From Thecamonas trahens ATCC 50062 (taxonomy: Eukaryota > Protista > Apusomonadida), in NCBI RefSeq assembly GCF_000142905.1, contig NW_013657665.1, positions 436,039 through 500,038 on the forward strand: a stretch of DNA of 64,000 nt, read 5' to 3'. Numbering within the stretch: the first letter of the stretch is position 1; the number at the start of each line of letters is the position of its first letter. The notes under the pieces were generated by a model. That model made no database searches. It worked only from the letters and a program-made list of their open reading frames with translations, and had not been told where the DNA came from. Below, piece after piece: positions 43,579 through 54,416 of the stretch. The position numbers were made by a program, and so were the translations under genes.

Positions 43579-44124
43579 TGGGGAGCAGGAGGAGGGGCAG
43601 GGGGACGGGGGAGGTGGGCGGCGGAACACGCGGAGACTTGCCCCTCCTCCCCGGCTGAAGGGTCGCCCATGGCCGAGGCTCACTCACACTCGCACCACTT
43701 CCACGCGGACAGAGGGAGCCTGGAGCTGAAGGACGCCGAGAGTGGCGAGGTGTACTGGCAGTCGCAGTGGGATGTCGATCGGGTGTTTGATGAGGAGCAG
43801 GTTGCGCGGGTGCCAGCGCGGCTGCTGGCGGCCAAAGCGGTGTCGCGCGAGATTGTGTTCTCGTCTGTGGAGATGATGCAGGCCTTTCGGGTGGAGCAAG
43901 AAGTCTCGCTACACGGATCGATCATCGAGGAGTTCCACTTTGAGTTTGGCTTTGTCATCCCCAACTCGACAAACACGTGGTCGACAACGCTCGTCGCCGC
44001 AGACGCGGCAGACATGCTCCCTGCTGACGTTCTCTCCGGCAATGTTGTCATCGAGACCCGCTTTTACGACGCGGAGCTTCTCATCGCCACCTCGCTCGTC
44101 CGAGTCTTCTATGATGCCGATTGA
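43459..44124 (+). CDS. PDE6D: Prenyl-binding protein PDE6 delta; exons 43459-43499 and 43713-44124
   Basis: Spliced MGEKAEALRRGFSLGSLELKDAESGEVYWQ...ARVP...AVSREIVFSS...FEFGFVIPNSTNTW...LSGNVVIETRFYD; intron GTATGT..CAG. Confidence 0.93.
43513..43576 (+). repeat. Intronic (GT)n microsatellite
   Basis: Seen directly inside the PDE6D intron. Confidence 0.95.
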
Positions 44125-44432
44125 GACGAGATGTGGCGACAAGGAAGGGTAGCTGCTTGGTGCAGCCCGATGGATGCGGCCTCATGTATGCATGGCGTCT
44201 CGACGGCCATGAAAAGCTAAAAATCAAGCGGTGTGGCCTGTGGTGTGGCGGCAAGTGAGGCCAGGAGAGTGGTTGGCAATTGGGAGCCTCTGCATCCGGT
44301 CGATGGGCGTGTCTGGCGGACGGGAGGCAGCGCGGGCGGCCAGGCCACGGGTGGCGAGCTAGTGGAGGCGCAACACGTGTCTTTAACGTCGAGGAGCAGG
44401 TGGGCAGGCAAATAGGGCCACGGCATACGAGC

Positions 44433-46850
44433 ATGAGTGGCTGGACATGGCGGGGGACATTGGGGCTGGTGGTGGTGGCGGTGGTGGTGATGTTGGTGGA
44501 GGCAGGCACGGGTGAGGCAACACGAGTCACAAGGCCTGGCGTCAGTGACGGGAGTATGCGCGAGGGCCTTGGCGGTGGCGCCGGCGGCAGTGGCACACAG
44601 CAGGAACATAGTGATCCGTCGATGTTGGCGTACAAGGTGCTGTCGCAATTGTTCCTCGATACGGGCGGACCCAGCTGGACGTCTTCGACCAACTGGCTGG
44701 CGAACCTGTTTGTGTGCTCATGGGAGGGCGTCCACTGCACGTCAGGCTTTGAGACGGTCGTCGGGCTTGATCTGAGCAACAACAACCTGGTGGGGAGAAT
44801 CCCGGCGTATCTGTTTAACATCACCACGCTGAGCTCGATTGACTTTTCCACCAACGTCCTCCGTGGCACGTTTCCAGACATCTCGGGCACTGCACTGACC
44901 ACAGTTGCGATCTCCAACAACCAGTTTGACAGCATCGACAACGTTTTCCTTGCGCCCGCGCTCAACGAGTTGCACGCAAACTACGCGCTTGCGCCACGGG
45001 TGGGGCCCCTTCGCCACGTCCCGCGCAACCCGGTCCAGGGCGGCAGCTCGACCGTGGCGTACCTCTCGCTCCGTGGCAACATGATCACAACCGGCTTTGA
45101 CCAGGCCTTTCTCAACAGCGTCCCCAGCTTGGAGTTCCTGGACCTATCGTTCAACGAGCTGGCGACTCGGATCGATAACCTGACTCTGCCGCAGTTCTTG
45201 GACTTTCTGGATTTGAAGTCCAACTCTCTCGTGGGTGGCCTCCCCAGCAACCTGCCCTTCGGTCAGTTTTATTTGGCGAACAACTCGCTGACGGGCATGA
45301 TCAGCTACGGCGACGCGCAGACACTGGATCTTTCATTCAATAACTTTGATGGGGCCCTCAGCGAGGACGTACCGGATACGCTCGTGACGTTTTCGGCCGA
45401 CCACAACCTGTTGACCGGTCAGATCCCCAACGGGCTGGCATGCTCGGATACGATCCGTTACTGCGACCTCGGTGGCCAGGAGGGGCCGGAGCCGCTCAAG
45501 TGTCCATCGAAGTGCATTAGGAACCATTGCCAAGTCTACCAGTGCTCGTCGTGTGGCTTGAGCGCGTGCTCGTCATCGGATGAGTGTCAAGAAGCGGGTG
45601 GACCGTGTAATCTGTGCATCAACCACAAGTGTCAGGCACCACCGCCTCCGCCGAGTCCGCCGGCACCGCCTCCGCCACCGGCACCGATTCCGCCGCCGAG
45701 TCCACCAAGCCCACCGCCGAGCGCGCATTCGCGCAGCCCGAGCGGACTCTCCAAGGGAAAGACGGTGGCTGTGGTTCTTGTGGTGGTTCTTGTGGTGGTT
45801 TGCGTCGCTGGGTTTGTGGTTCTCCAGCGAGTGCTCAAGCCTGGCGGGCGGGCGCGCGGTAGCAGGAGCGGAGGCGAGACGTCGACGCTGCTGCCCAAGC
45901 CATCTGTGCTCCAGCAGTACACGTCGAACCTTAACGCGTCGTACACGATTGACGAGGTGGATCCGGCAGTGTCGTCGCTATTCATTCCACTGGCGGACAT
46001 CTCGCTCGGCCCGGAGCTGGGGCGTGGGACGTACGGCTCGGTGTACTTTGCGACGTGGAACGGACGGCCGTGCGCGGTGAAGGACATGCGGCTCAACGGC
46101 GAGGACGTACAGGTGGCGCTGCACGAGATCGGGGTCATGGCGCAGCTTCAGCACCCCAACATTGTGGAGTTGTACGGGTTCTCGCGCGGCGACGTGTCGG
46201 TATACATTGTGATGGAGTTGGTGGAGGGTGGCTCGCTGCGAGAGTTTGTTTCGTACGCGGCACAGCATCTCGATCTGGTGATGGCGACCAAGATTGCGAT
46301 TCTGCAGGAGGTGGTGGCTGGACTGGAGTTTATGCACTCGCACGGCGTCCTTCACCGTGACATCAAGTCGGCCAACATCCTGCTTCAGATGGAGGGTGAC
46401 GAGGTGCTTGCCGCCAAACTCGCCGACTTTGGCTTTGCCAAGGTCCGCGCCGACTCGGGCTCGCTGGCCTCGATCCAGACCATCCGTGGCACGCCGGTGT
46501 ACATGGCGCCCGAACTGCTGCTGCAGTACTATCAGGGCGCGGCCGAAGCTTGCTACTCCAAGGCCGCAGACATCTTTTCACTCTCCATTGTCGCGTACGA
46601 GATGCTCACCGAGTCAATTCTCTTCCGCGCCAAGCGGTTCTCGGCGGCCATGACGGCGTCGGGTCGGCGGCCGCCGTTCAACGACGAGTTTGCCACTCGC
46701 TACCCGCAGCTTGTCGAGCTCATCTCGCACGCTTGGGCTGCAAATCCGGTCGACCGACCGTCAATCTCTGAGTTTGCCGCAGCCCTCGACCTCGTTGCCG
46801 AGCAGCTGCCAGCCGACGATGGGCCGCTTCTCCGGCGCGATGACGTGTGA
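44433..46850 (+). CDS. LRR receptor-like kinase (signal peptide, plant-type LRRs, Cys-rich and Pro-rich stalk, TM, TKL kinase)
   Basis: CSWEGVHC cap, LDLSNNNLVGRIP repeats, TM VAVVLVVVLVVVCVAGFVVL, GRGTYG, AVK, HRDIKSANIL, DFG, GTPVYMAPE. Confidence 0.92.
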   Translation: MSGWTWRGTLGLVVVAVVVMLVEAGTGEATRVTRPGVSDGSMREGLGGGAGGSGTQQEHSDPSMLAYKVLSQLFLDTGGPSWTSSTNWLANLFVCSWEGVHCTSGFETVVGLDLSNNNLVGRIPAYLFNITTLSSIDFSTNVLRGTFPDISGTALTTVAISNNQFDSIDNVFLAPALNELHANYALAPRVGPLRHVPRNPVQGGSSTVAYLSLRGNMITTGFDQAFLNSVPSLEFLDLSFNELATRIDNLTLPQFLDFLDLKSNSLVGGLPSNLPFGQFYLANNSLTGMISYGDAQTLDLSFNNFDGALSEDVPDTLVTFSADHNLLTGQIPNGLACSDTIRYCDLGGQEGPEPLKCPSKCIRNHCQVYQCSSCGLSACSSSDECQEAGGPCNLCINHKCQAPPPPPSPPAPPPPPAPIPPPSPPSPPPSAHSRSPSGLSKGKTVAVVLVVVLVVVCVAGFVVLQRVLKPGGRARGSRSGGETSTLLPKPSVLQQYTSNLNASYTIDEVDPAVSSLFIPLADISLGPELGRGTYGSVYFATWNGRPCAVKDMRLNGEDVQVALHEIGVMAQLQHPNIVELYGFSRGDVSVYIVMELVEGGSLREFVSYAAQHLDLVMATKIAILQEVVAGLEFMHSHGVLHRDIKSANILLQMEGDEVLAAKLADFGFAKVRADSGSLASIQTIRGTPVYMAPELLLQYYQGAAEACYSKAADIFSLSIVAYEMLTESILFRAKRFSAAMTASGRRPPFNDEFATRYPQLVELISHAWAANPVDRPSISEFAAALDLVAEQLPADDGPLLRRDDV

Positions 46851-47059
46851 GTGAAGAGTAGGCATGAAAAGGAGCCAAATGAGGGTGTGCCTCGAGTCAA
46901 GGCCGACATCATCTATCTCTGGGCGGGAGAGAGGGGAAGGGGTGATTGGAGGCACGCAGCCGACCGCCGCCACACAGCCGGCTCGGCACTCGGCACCAAG
47001 ACTGTGATGACGGTGTGTGCTACTCTCGTCTCCGGGGCCCGAGCCGAAGGCGCGCCGCC

Positions 47060-49037
47060 ATGTCCATAACCTCGGACGAGCTCAACTACCTTGTGTTCCG
47101 GTACTTGTCCGAGTCTGGTACGTAGCATGCGCGAGTGGGTGGAGATGGGCTGTTGTGGCTGGTGCAGGGCCGACCAGTGACCTGGTGGCCTGGTGGCCTG
47201 GTGGCCTGGAGGGGGGGGAGGATGGGGGGGTAGCAGCCATGGTCGTATTTTTTTTGAGCCTCTCCGCCTCCTACCGCCATGGCGCCACAGCCCGCAAGAC
47301 TCCATCCCCAGCATTATGTGCATGGGAGGGGGTGGCCGATGGCAGTATGCAGGTATGGTGTGCATGGGTATGTCTGAAGGGCGCGTGGCAAGCCGTACGG
47401 CCGGCGGCAGGACTCGCCAACGGCGGGCGGAGGAGGAGCGACGGGTGCAGGCGGAGTGGGGCCCAGCATGCGAGAAGCGGCGGCGCTTGTGGCAAAGGCC
47501 GGGCGCAGAGGACGGCGTGCGACTCACGAGACATGCGCTGCGATGTGGTGTGGTACTCGGCGGTGGGGGGGGGGGGGGTGCGACAGGCTTTGCACACACG
47601 GCATACACCTTTGGGCACGAGTCGCTGGTGGCGCGGAGCAACCTCGACGGGTCTGCGGTGCCGCCCGGGGCGCTGGTGTCATATGTGCAGAAGGGCTTGC
47701 AGTATCTGGAGGTGGAGACACACCTGCGGGAAGACGGGTCTGAGATCGAGTGCGACGAGCCGTTTGCACTGCTCATGCCGCACCAGTGCAAGGTGAAGAA
47801 GCGGCGTCGGCGGCGCAAAGCCGGCGAGGACGGCGGCAAGAGCGAGGGCGGGGCGGCTGAGGGCGGAGCAGGTGAAGGCGGTGCCGAGAGCAAGCCTGCG
47901 GTCAAGGTCGAGGTGGAGGAGGACGATGGCGTGGCAGCGATGGAACTGACATCCTCGCTGCCGCACTTTGACATTGCGGTGCGGCCGCCCGAGGCGGAGG
48001 AGGTGCTTGCGATGACCGGCCACAAGAAGGACGTGTTTTCGGTTGCGTTTTGCCCGAAAGACCCGTCGCTCCTGGCATCAGGCTCGGGCGACTCGACGGC
48101 GCGACTGTGGGTCCTGCCCGACGAGCTGTCGAGTGGCCTGGGCGACAACGCGCAGCGGGAGTTGCGACACGCAGAGAAGCTCAACGACGTTATGGCCATG
48201 GCATGGGCACCAGACGGCGGAGTGCTGGCGACAGGTGCGCTCGACGGCAACGCACGGCTATGGTCTGCGTCTGGCGAGCTGATGAAGACGCTGAGCGGCC
48301 ATACACAGCCGATCTTCTCCATCGAATGGTCGCCGTCGTCGTCGCTTGTGCTCACGGGCTCTGCTGACTGCCGCGCCATCGTGTGGGACGCGGCGTCGGG
48401 AGCGATGAAGCAAGAGTATGAGCTGCACTCTGCTCCAACGCTGTCTGTGGCGTGGCGCGACGAGAACGTGTTTGCCACGTGCTCGTCGGACCGGTCGATC
48501 TATCTGTGCGAGGTTGGCAACGCACGCCCGTTGGTTCAGTTCTACGGACACCACGACGAGGTCAACAACATTGCGTTTGACCCGACAGGTCAACTGCTTG
48601 CCAGTTGCTCGGACGACCACACCGCCAAGATCTGGACGGCGTCGTCAGAGACTTGCGTCCTTGACCTCAACGCGCACCGGATGGAGATCTTTACAGTTGC
48701 TTGGTCGCCGCTGGCCACGTCGGGCGCGCAGCTGCTTGCCACAGCCTCGCAGGACTCTACGGTCAAGATATGGGACATTACCGCCAAGCGGTGTCTCTAC
48801 GACCTCACCGACCACACAGACTCTGTGTACTCGGTCAAGTTCTCGCCCGACGGCCGCTACGTTGCCACCGGCTCGACCGACGCCACCGTCAAGATCTGGA
48901 GCGTGACTGACGGCTCGCTCGTCCGGTCGTACTCATCCGACGGTGGTATTTTTGAGGTCACCTGGGCGCCCGACGGCTCCCGCATTGCCTCTGCCCATGC
49001 CAACGGCTCGGTTGTTGTTTTGGATGTCCGCAAATAA
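47060..49037 (+). CDS. TBL1X: TBL1/TBL1XR1 (LisH + WD40) corepressor subunit; exons 47060-47117 and 47587-49037
   Basis: MSITSDELNYLVFRYLSES|GFAHTAYTF...VPPGALVSYVQKGLQY, then WD40 repeats; intron GTACGT..ACAG. Confidence 0.93.
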
Positions 49038-49177
49038 AAGGTGTTGTACTCGTTCCAGTGATCGGTGGCTGTGTGGGTGCGTGCCTTGCCAGCAGCCACT
49101 CCACTCCACTCCCGCGTCGGCACTCCCCCCCCCCCACCCCACCCCCATCCAGTCTCACGCATAACCTCCGCTGCGCC

Positions 49178-50326
49178 ATGAGCGAGAGTCTCAGCCCAAC
49201 ACAGGCGCGCAGTGTCGACGTGCTCGCGCGGGCCAAGCTGCTGCTCCAGACAACGGCAACGCCGCGCAACACGCCGCCGCCTTCGCACCTGCCGCCGTCG
49301 TCGCCGGCTGTGGCGGGTGCTCTGGCCTCGGCTGCCGCCGCCAGCGGCGCTCCGCTTGGCCGTCGCAACTCGGTCCTGGCTCGTATGGAGCTCGAGCCGC
49401 TGCCACAGGACGCGCTCAAGGCCTCGCGCTTCTTGGCCATGGCGACACTCTCGTCGCCGCCCGCCCGCCGCCACGCTGCTGCCGCCGCTGCTGCCGCTGC
49501 TACCACTGCTGCCGCACCCACTCCCGCATCCGTCACGTCCTCACCCGAGTCGGCCACCCCAGGCTTTGATCACGCACTGGATCTGTCGACAGACACGCCC
49601 GGCGCGCGGCTGGAGGAGACCCGGTCTGGCGGCGGCCCGCTGACGCCGGCCACCCAGGAGGTCCTGGCCCGCGCTACTCGCGCCATCCACGGCCCGCCGG
49701 CGTTGCCGGCAGCGCAGGATCAGCGCTGGGCAAAGTCATACTCGCCGCGCTCGCCGCGCTCGCCACGGTCGCCACGGACGTCGACGCCGCTGCGGTTTGG
49801 GGCAGCGTCGCCTATTCTGCCAGCTAGCACGAGCCCAAGTGGGCGGCGGACGGCGTCGCGGTCGCTGGCGATGATGACCTCAATCCGTGCTGGCGAGCGC
49901 GCAGCCAAGCACGGGCCCGAGTATGCTGAGCTTTCGCGGCGACTTGCGGCGGCCGAGAAGCAGCTGAGCATCAACAAGGAACAGTTCCACCAGGTCCAGG
50001 ACACGCTGCAGTCATCGATGGTCTCGCTCGGCAGTCTGCAGTCCAAGGCCGAGCTGCATGCCTCACGCCGGCGTGGGCTTGAGCTTGATTCGTCGGCCGG
50101 ACCGCTCACCGCCTCATCGCTTGAGCGCGACGCACCGGCAAGCATCGCTGCCGACACCGAGGCGGTCTCCGAACCGTCGCTTGCCGAAGTGCTCGCCGAG
50201 CTACAGGCGACGCAGGCGCTGGTTCTCGAGCAGCAGACCGCGCTGGCTGCAGCGCTGGCCAAGATCGATAAGCTCAGCTCGCGGGTGCAAGGAATGACAA
50301 GCAACGGATCCGCGAATGGGCAGTAA
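49178..50326 (+). CDS. Hypothetical Ser/Pro-rich protein with C-terminal coiled coils
   Basis: Open frame with SPR repeats and heptads; no known domain recognised. Confidence 0.6.
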   Translation: MSESLSPTQARSVDVLARAKLLLQTTATPRNTPPPSHLPPSSPAVAGALASAAAASGAPLGRRNSVLARMELEPLPQDALKASRFLAMATLSSPPARRHAAAAAAAAATTAAAPTPASVTSSPESATPGFDHALDLSTDTPGARLEETRSGGGPLTPATQEVLARATRAIHGPPALPAAQDQRWAKSYSPRSPRSPRSPRTSTPLRFGAASPILPASTSPSGRRTASRSLAMMTSIRAGERAAKHGPEYAELSRRLAAAEKQLSINKEQFHQVQDTLQSSMVSLGSLQSKAELHASRRRGLELDSSAGPLTASSLERDAPASIAADTEAVSEPSLAEVLAELQATQALVLEQQTALAAALAKIDKLSSRVQGMTSNGSANGQ

Positions 50327-50352
50327 AGCCAGCGTGGTTTGGTGGGGCATGT

Positions 50353-50838
50353 TCATTGTCTGGAGGAGTGGGCCCGCGAGTGAGAGCGGGAGCGGGCTCG
50401 GGCGCGTAGGCGGGCGTGGACAATGGGGGTAGCGGCGAGAGTGAGCGGGAGGCGGAGCGGGAGGGTGGCTTTGTACACGATGTAGGCAGCGGCAGCGGTC
50501 GAGGCCGCGCCGACGGTCTGGGCCGAGACAGGCGAGTCATCGCCGAGGAGGGCGTCGAGGGCGAGCCAGTCGGCCACGTCGCCTGGTGAGCAGCCGAGGC
50601 GCAGCAGCGAGTATACGGCCGAGTAGGAGACAACCGAGATGGCCAGATGGACCGCTACCCCGGTCGTGCCATACGTTTTGAGCATCCGCGTCAGCTGCGC
50701 CCGCTTGCTCTCGCCAGCTGCAGGCCCAGTCTCCGGTTCAGAGGCAGGCCGGGCAGCCGCAGCCATGGCACGGGCCATGTCGCGCACACTCGGGCCTGCT
50801 GCCAGTCGGCCTACAGCCAGTGTGGCGGACCGCAGCAT
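50353..50838 (-). CDS. FAM210/DUF1279 mitochondrial membrane protein
   Basis: Presequence-like MLRSATLAVGRL; LKTYGTTGVAVHLAIS, AYIVYKATLPLRLPLTLAATP. Confidence 0.85.
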   Translation of the reverse strand: MLRSATLAVGRLAAGPSVRDMARAMAAAARPASEPETGPAAGESKRAQLTRMLKTYGTTGVAVHLAISVVSYSAVYSLLRLGCSPGDVADWLALDALLGDDSPVSAQTVGAASTAAAAYIVYKATLPLRLPLTLAATPIVHARLRARARSRSHSRAHSSRQ

Positions 50839-50953
50839 GGTATCGAGTGTGATGGGGAGAGGAGTGGGGGCAGGGGCGGGGCGGGGCGGTGCCCTGCTGT
50901 GAACCCGCGTGACGTCTCGACGCACCCGCACAACACTGTAGGCGATTCAATGG

Positions 50954-53239
50954 TCAGGCGTCGGATGACTCCTCGTAGGTGTAGACTGAGGCACCGGAAG
51001 AGGAGGCGGAGCTCAGTGGAAGGTAATCATCATCGACGGCGAGATCATGGCCGACAAGGACCGAGATACTTGTGTTCGCCTTGGTGCCGCCGTGGCGGAG
51101 GAGGGTAGCAAACGAGGCAGTCGCAGACGGCGTGACGATGCGGTAGTCGGACGGAGCGTGCTCAAAGCGCTGCAGGATGAGCAGGATGTCACCAACCTGA
51201 GACGCAAGGTCTGGCTCGGCCTTGTCGCCGTGCCAGACAAGGACCATGCGACCGTCGCGGCCGAGAGCGGCGCGGCCGGTGTAGCGCGTGTCCCAGAACG
51301 CAATGTAGACAGCGCGGGGGTCGAGAACGATCGGAAGCTCCGGGCCGTGCGGCGAGCGGGCGGCGGCCCAGTAGTCGTCAAGATAGACAAACTTGGCGAC
51401 GATGTAGCCTGGGTCGTGACCACGGTCCTGCGGCGCGAGGCGGAAGAGCGCCGGCTGTGTCGGGGTCGGCGCCTCGGCAGTCGGCTGCCATGTCACTCGC
51501 GCCCGCCACTCGAGGAGCTGGAAGACAAAGCCGGCGTTGGGATCGGCGACCGGGCGAATGGCCTTGATCTTGGCGGCCGCAGGCTCGTAGTCCATGTCGA
51601 GAGTGTGCATGAGGTATGCGGTGGCGAGAGCTATCGACCGCGAGACGCCCTGCGAGCAGTGCAGGAAGCAAGCGCCGCCCTCGGCAGCGATCTCGTCGAC
51701 GTACTCGATGACGTCGTAAATGACTGACGTGATGTCCTGCGACGGATCGTCGAAGAGCGGGAGCGCCCAGTACTCAAACGGCGCGTCGTCGGCGTCTTCA
51801 AACACGTTGGCGCACACCATGGGCGCCACGTTGATGACGTTGGTCACGCCGGCAGCCTCCAACAGCTCGCGGTTACTGGAAGCCTCGGCCGAGCCGACAA
51901 AGAGGCCTGGCGCAACAGGCGCGACTTGCAGCGCAAACTCGACAAGCTCCTCCGACTTGCGGGCGGTGATTGAGACGCCGGCATCGCCGAGCGAGTGCCG
52001 TATGTTGGTAAGGTCGAGCCGAGGGAGGTCTCCATCGCCGCCAGCCTCCTCGGCTTGCCGGGCAGGCTCAAGCGGAGCCATGGCCTGCGGCGTTCCCATC
52101 CCGCCCGGTGATTCAGACGGAGTTGCCTGGTCATCCATGCCCAGGCGGGCTACGGGCAGGACCGAAAGCATGGGCAGAATCGCTCCGCGCGAAGAGGCAG
52201 TCGATGGTGACTTGGCAACGGCTTCGTGCGGCGCAGTCGCCGCCCGCACCGCCGACGCCGCCACAAACAGCGTAGCAGCAAGGAGGCAGGCGAGAGCAGC
52301 AATGTGGATGCCAATGGCGCACCATACAAGGATAAGCGATGCAAGCCGCGAAGGGAGCTCGCTCTCGCTTCGGGCGAGAAACACCACAAAGGTGAGCGCG
52401 GTTGCACGTGCACCCCAGCTAACGCATGCGAGGATGTTGTAGGCAGGCAGCGTGTACGGGCGAACGACGACGAGAGCAAGCGTAACCAGCCATGCCAGAA
52501 CCAGCAAGGTAATTGTCAGTGGCAGGGCGTGGTTGGCGCCTTGCAATCCGCACGCCAGCGCCAGCGAGAGCATATGAACGCCGAGTACACCCGCGCCAAA
52601 GCCGCGGGTCTCGGATCTCAGCGGAAGATCGGGAGCGTCGCCAAGATAGGCCAGCAAGGCAAGAGCAACGGCTGCAAAGAGAACAACCAGCATTGCAAAC
52701 ACACCGGGTACGCTGGCGAGAGCAAGGCCGCTGCCACGAGCGACAAGGCCGAGGACAAACGAGGCAGCGGCGAGGAGCCCGGCGGCGAGCAGGGCAAGCC
52801 AGCGCAGGGCGGCGGAGCGGAGGGCAGGCAAGCGGAGCGGCAACGGAGTCAGCGCAAACACGCCTGCCATGATGATGGCAACAAGGCATGTGAGGAGGGC
52901 GGCGTTGGCCAGCGCTGAGAGGAGAAAGTTCCCGTTGGGCGCCATGCCGGTGTCGAGGGCATACCAGGCGACGCCGCGGGGCGAGCCGGTCGATGGCGAG
53001 GTGTCTGTGTAGAAGAGCGGGAACCAGCTGAGCGACCAGCCGAGCGCCGAGGTAAACGACTTTACATGCCACCCGGCGTAGACAGCCCGCGACAGCGGAA
53101 GCATACCCACGCCCGCCGCGCCCTGTGCCGCCGCCACCAGGGCAGCAGCTGCTGCTGCCGCCGCACCCGCGCCTTGCCTTCCCAGCGTCTGCTGCCCAGA
53201 GTGCGCAGCACCGTATCCTTCCTCTGGCCCGTCCTCCAT
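50954..53239 (-). CDS. Multi-pass membrane domain fused to an MKP1-type dual-specificity phosphatase
   Basis: About 7 TM segments; LFVGS, HCSQGVSRS, IRPVADPNAGFVFQL, then LFRLAP...DPGYIVAK...LDPRAVY..VLVWHG. Confidence 0.85.
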   Translation of the reverse strand: MEDGPEEGYGAAHSGQQTLGRQGAGAAAAAAAALVAAAQGAAGVGMLPLSRAVYAGWHVKSFTSALGWSLSWFPLFYTDTSPSTGSPRGVAWYALDTGMAPNGNFLLSALANAALLTCLVAIIMAGVFALTPLPLRLPALRSAALRWLALLAAGLLAAASFVLGLVARGSGLALASVPGVFAMLVVLFAAVALALLAYLGDAPDLPLRSETRGFGAGVLGVHMLSLALACGLQGANHALPLTITLLVLAWLVTLALVVVRPYTLPAYNILACVSWGARATALTFVVFLARSESELPSRLASLILVWCAIGIHIAALACLLAATLFVAASAVRAATAPHEAVAKSPSTASSRGAILPMLSVLPVARLGMDDQATPSESPGGMGTPQAMAPLEPARQAEEAGGDGDLPRLDLTNIRHSLGDAGVSITARKSEELVEFALQVAPVAPGLFVGSAEASSNRELLEAAGVTNVINVAPMVCANVFEDADDAPFEYWALPLFDDPSQDITSVIYDVIEYVDEIAAEGGACFLHCSQGVSRSIALATAYLMHTLDMDYEPAAAKIKAIRPVADPNAGFVFQLLEWRARVTWQPTAEAPTPTQPALFRLAPQDRGHDPGYIVAKFVYLDDYWAAARSPHGPELPIVLDPRAVYIAFWDTRYTGRAALGRDGRMVLVWHGDKAEPDLASQVGDILLILQRFEHAPSDYRIVTPSATASFATLLRHGGTKANTSISVLVGHDLAVDDDYLPLSSASSSGASVYTYEESSDA

Positions 53240-53506
53240 GCCCGCTGCAGTGGGTGGGGTGGGTTGGGAGAGGGGTGAGGAGGTGGAGGCGGCGGGGTGG
53301 GCTTGTGTGTGGGCGGTGGGCGGCTGACGGGTTTGGCTGGGTGTTGGCGGGACCCGCCGCAGACCATTTGGCTCATTCGGCACTCCCGCTTTGATCGGTG
53401 GCGGTTGGATGGGGATGGCGATGGGGATGAGGGTGTATGTATGTGTGGGGAGGTGGTGGGGCGAGGTGGTGGGGAGTAGGCGAGGGCTAGGGCAGGGGAT
53501 GAGTGA

Positions 53507-53668
53507 TCATTGCTGCCGACGAAGATCAGTGGCGACGGCGATGACGTGGTCAAGGGCGCGTGCGTCGAGGTCGTGAAGGAGAGTGACGATGGCGTTGACC
53601 ACGTTGGCAGAGGGTGGAGGTGGCCCGGGTGGGCCACGGACGGTTGGACGGGCCACGGGCGGGCGCAG

Positions 53669-53701
<33 letters not shown>

Positions 53702-54416
53702 GCAGGTGCAAGCCCAGGCCCGGGGCCGGGGCAGATGGATGAGCCGTGCGTGGGCGGATGGTCGCCAGGCCGCGTGCAGCAGTGTGGGTTGTAGGCGAGG
53801 CTAGACCGGCGTTGTGGCGCGCGGCTTCGGCGCGGCGCTTCTGCTCCATGTACGCCGCGAGCGGCGAACTCATGCCAGAGGCTGATGATGGCGTGCCGGC
53901 CGAGGTCCGCGGCCGAGCTGGGGGGATGGCCAGCGGGGGGATAGGCGCCTGGCGAGGACGCGACGCGGTGGGCGCGGGTGCACGTGGGTGAGCGGGCGCG
54001 GAGGCCGAGCCTGCGAGGTGGGCGGCAACCTCATCGGGCGTCACCTCTGTGTTGTCGAGCCGGGTCAGATTCGGGAGAATGCGCAGGACGCGGGCACGGT
54101 AGTCGGGCGTGTCGGCGCATGGGTTGTCCCACAGCCAGAGGACTCGCAAGTGTGAGAGTGTGGCAAGATGCTCGACCTCGGCCAGATCAGCGACGTCGTT
54201 GTTGCGCAGGTAGAGCTCCTTGAGCTGCGGGCATTGGGCAAAGACCGCCAGCGACGAGATGTGGTTGACCGAGAGCGAGAGGACCTCGACCCGGGGACAC
54301 CGGGCAAGGATCGAGACATCGCTTAGGTCCGAGCCCCACAGGTTGATCTTGGTGACGTCTTTAAGGCTCTGGGCCCGCGTCTTCTGTAGGACCAGATGCT
54401 TGGAGAGCGTGGTCAT
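53507..54416 (-). CDS. CFAP410: Cilia- and flagella-associated protein 410 (C21orf2); frameshift(s) in the GC-rich linker
   Basis: KINLWGSDLSDVSIL...VEVLSLSVNHI...LKELYLRNN...LWLWDNPC..YR..V...LPNLTRLDN. The conserved C-terminus NVVNAIVTLLHDLD...* is in another frame ending at 53507. Confidence 0.88.

Noticed and set aside
21172-54416. ARMC3, PDE6D and CFAP410 as a ciliary gene cluster with RFX X-boxes
   Set aside because: The genes are 10-20 kb apart among unrelated genes and no full X-box was found by eye
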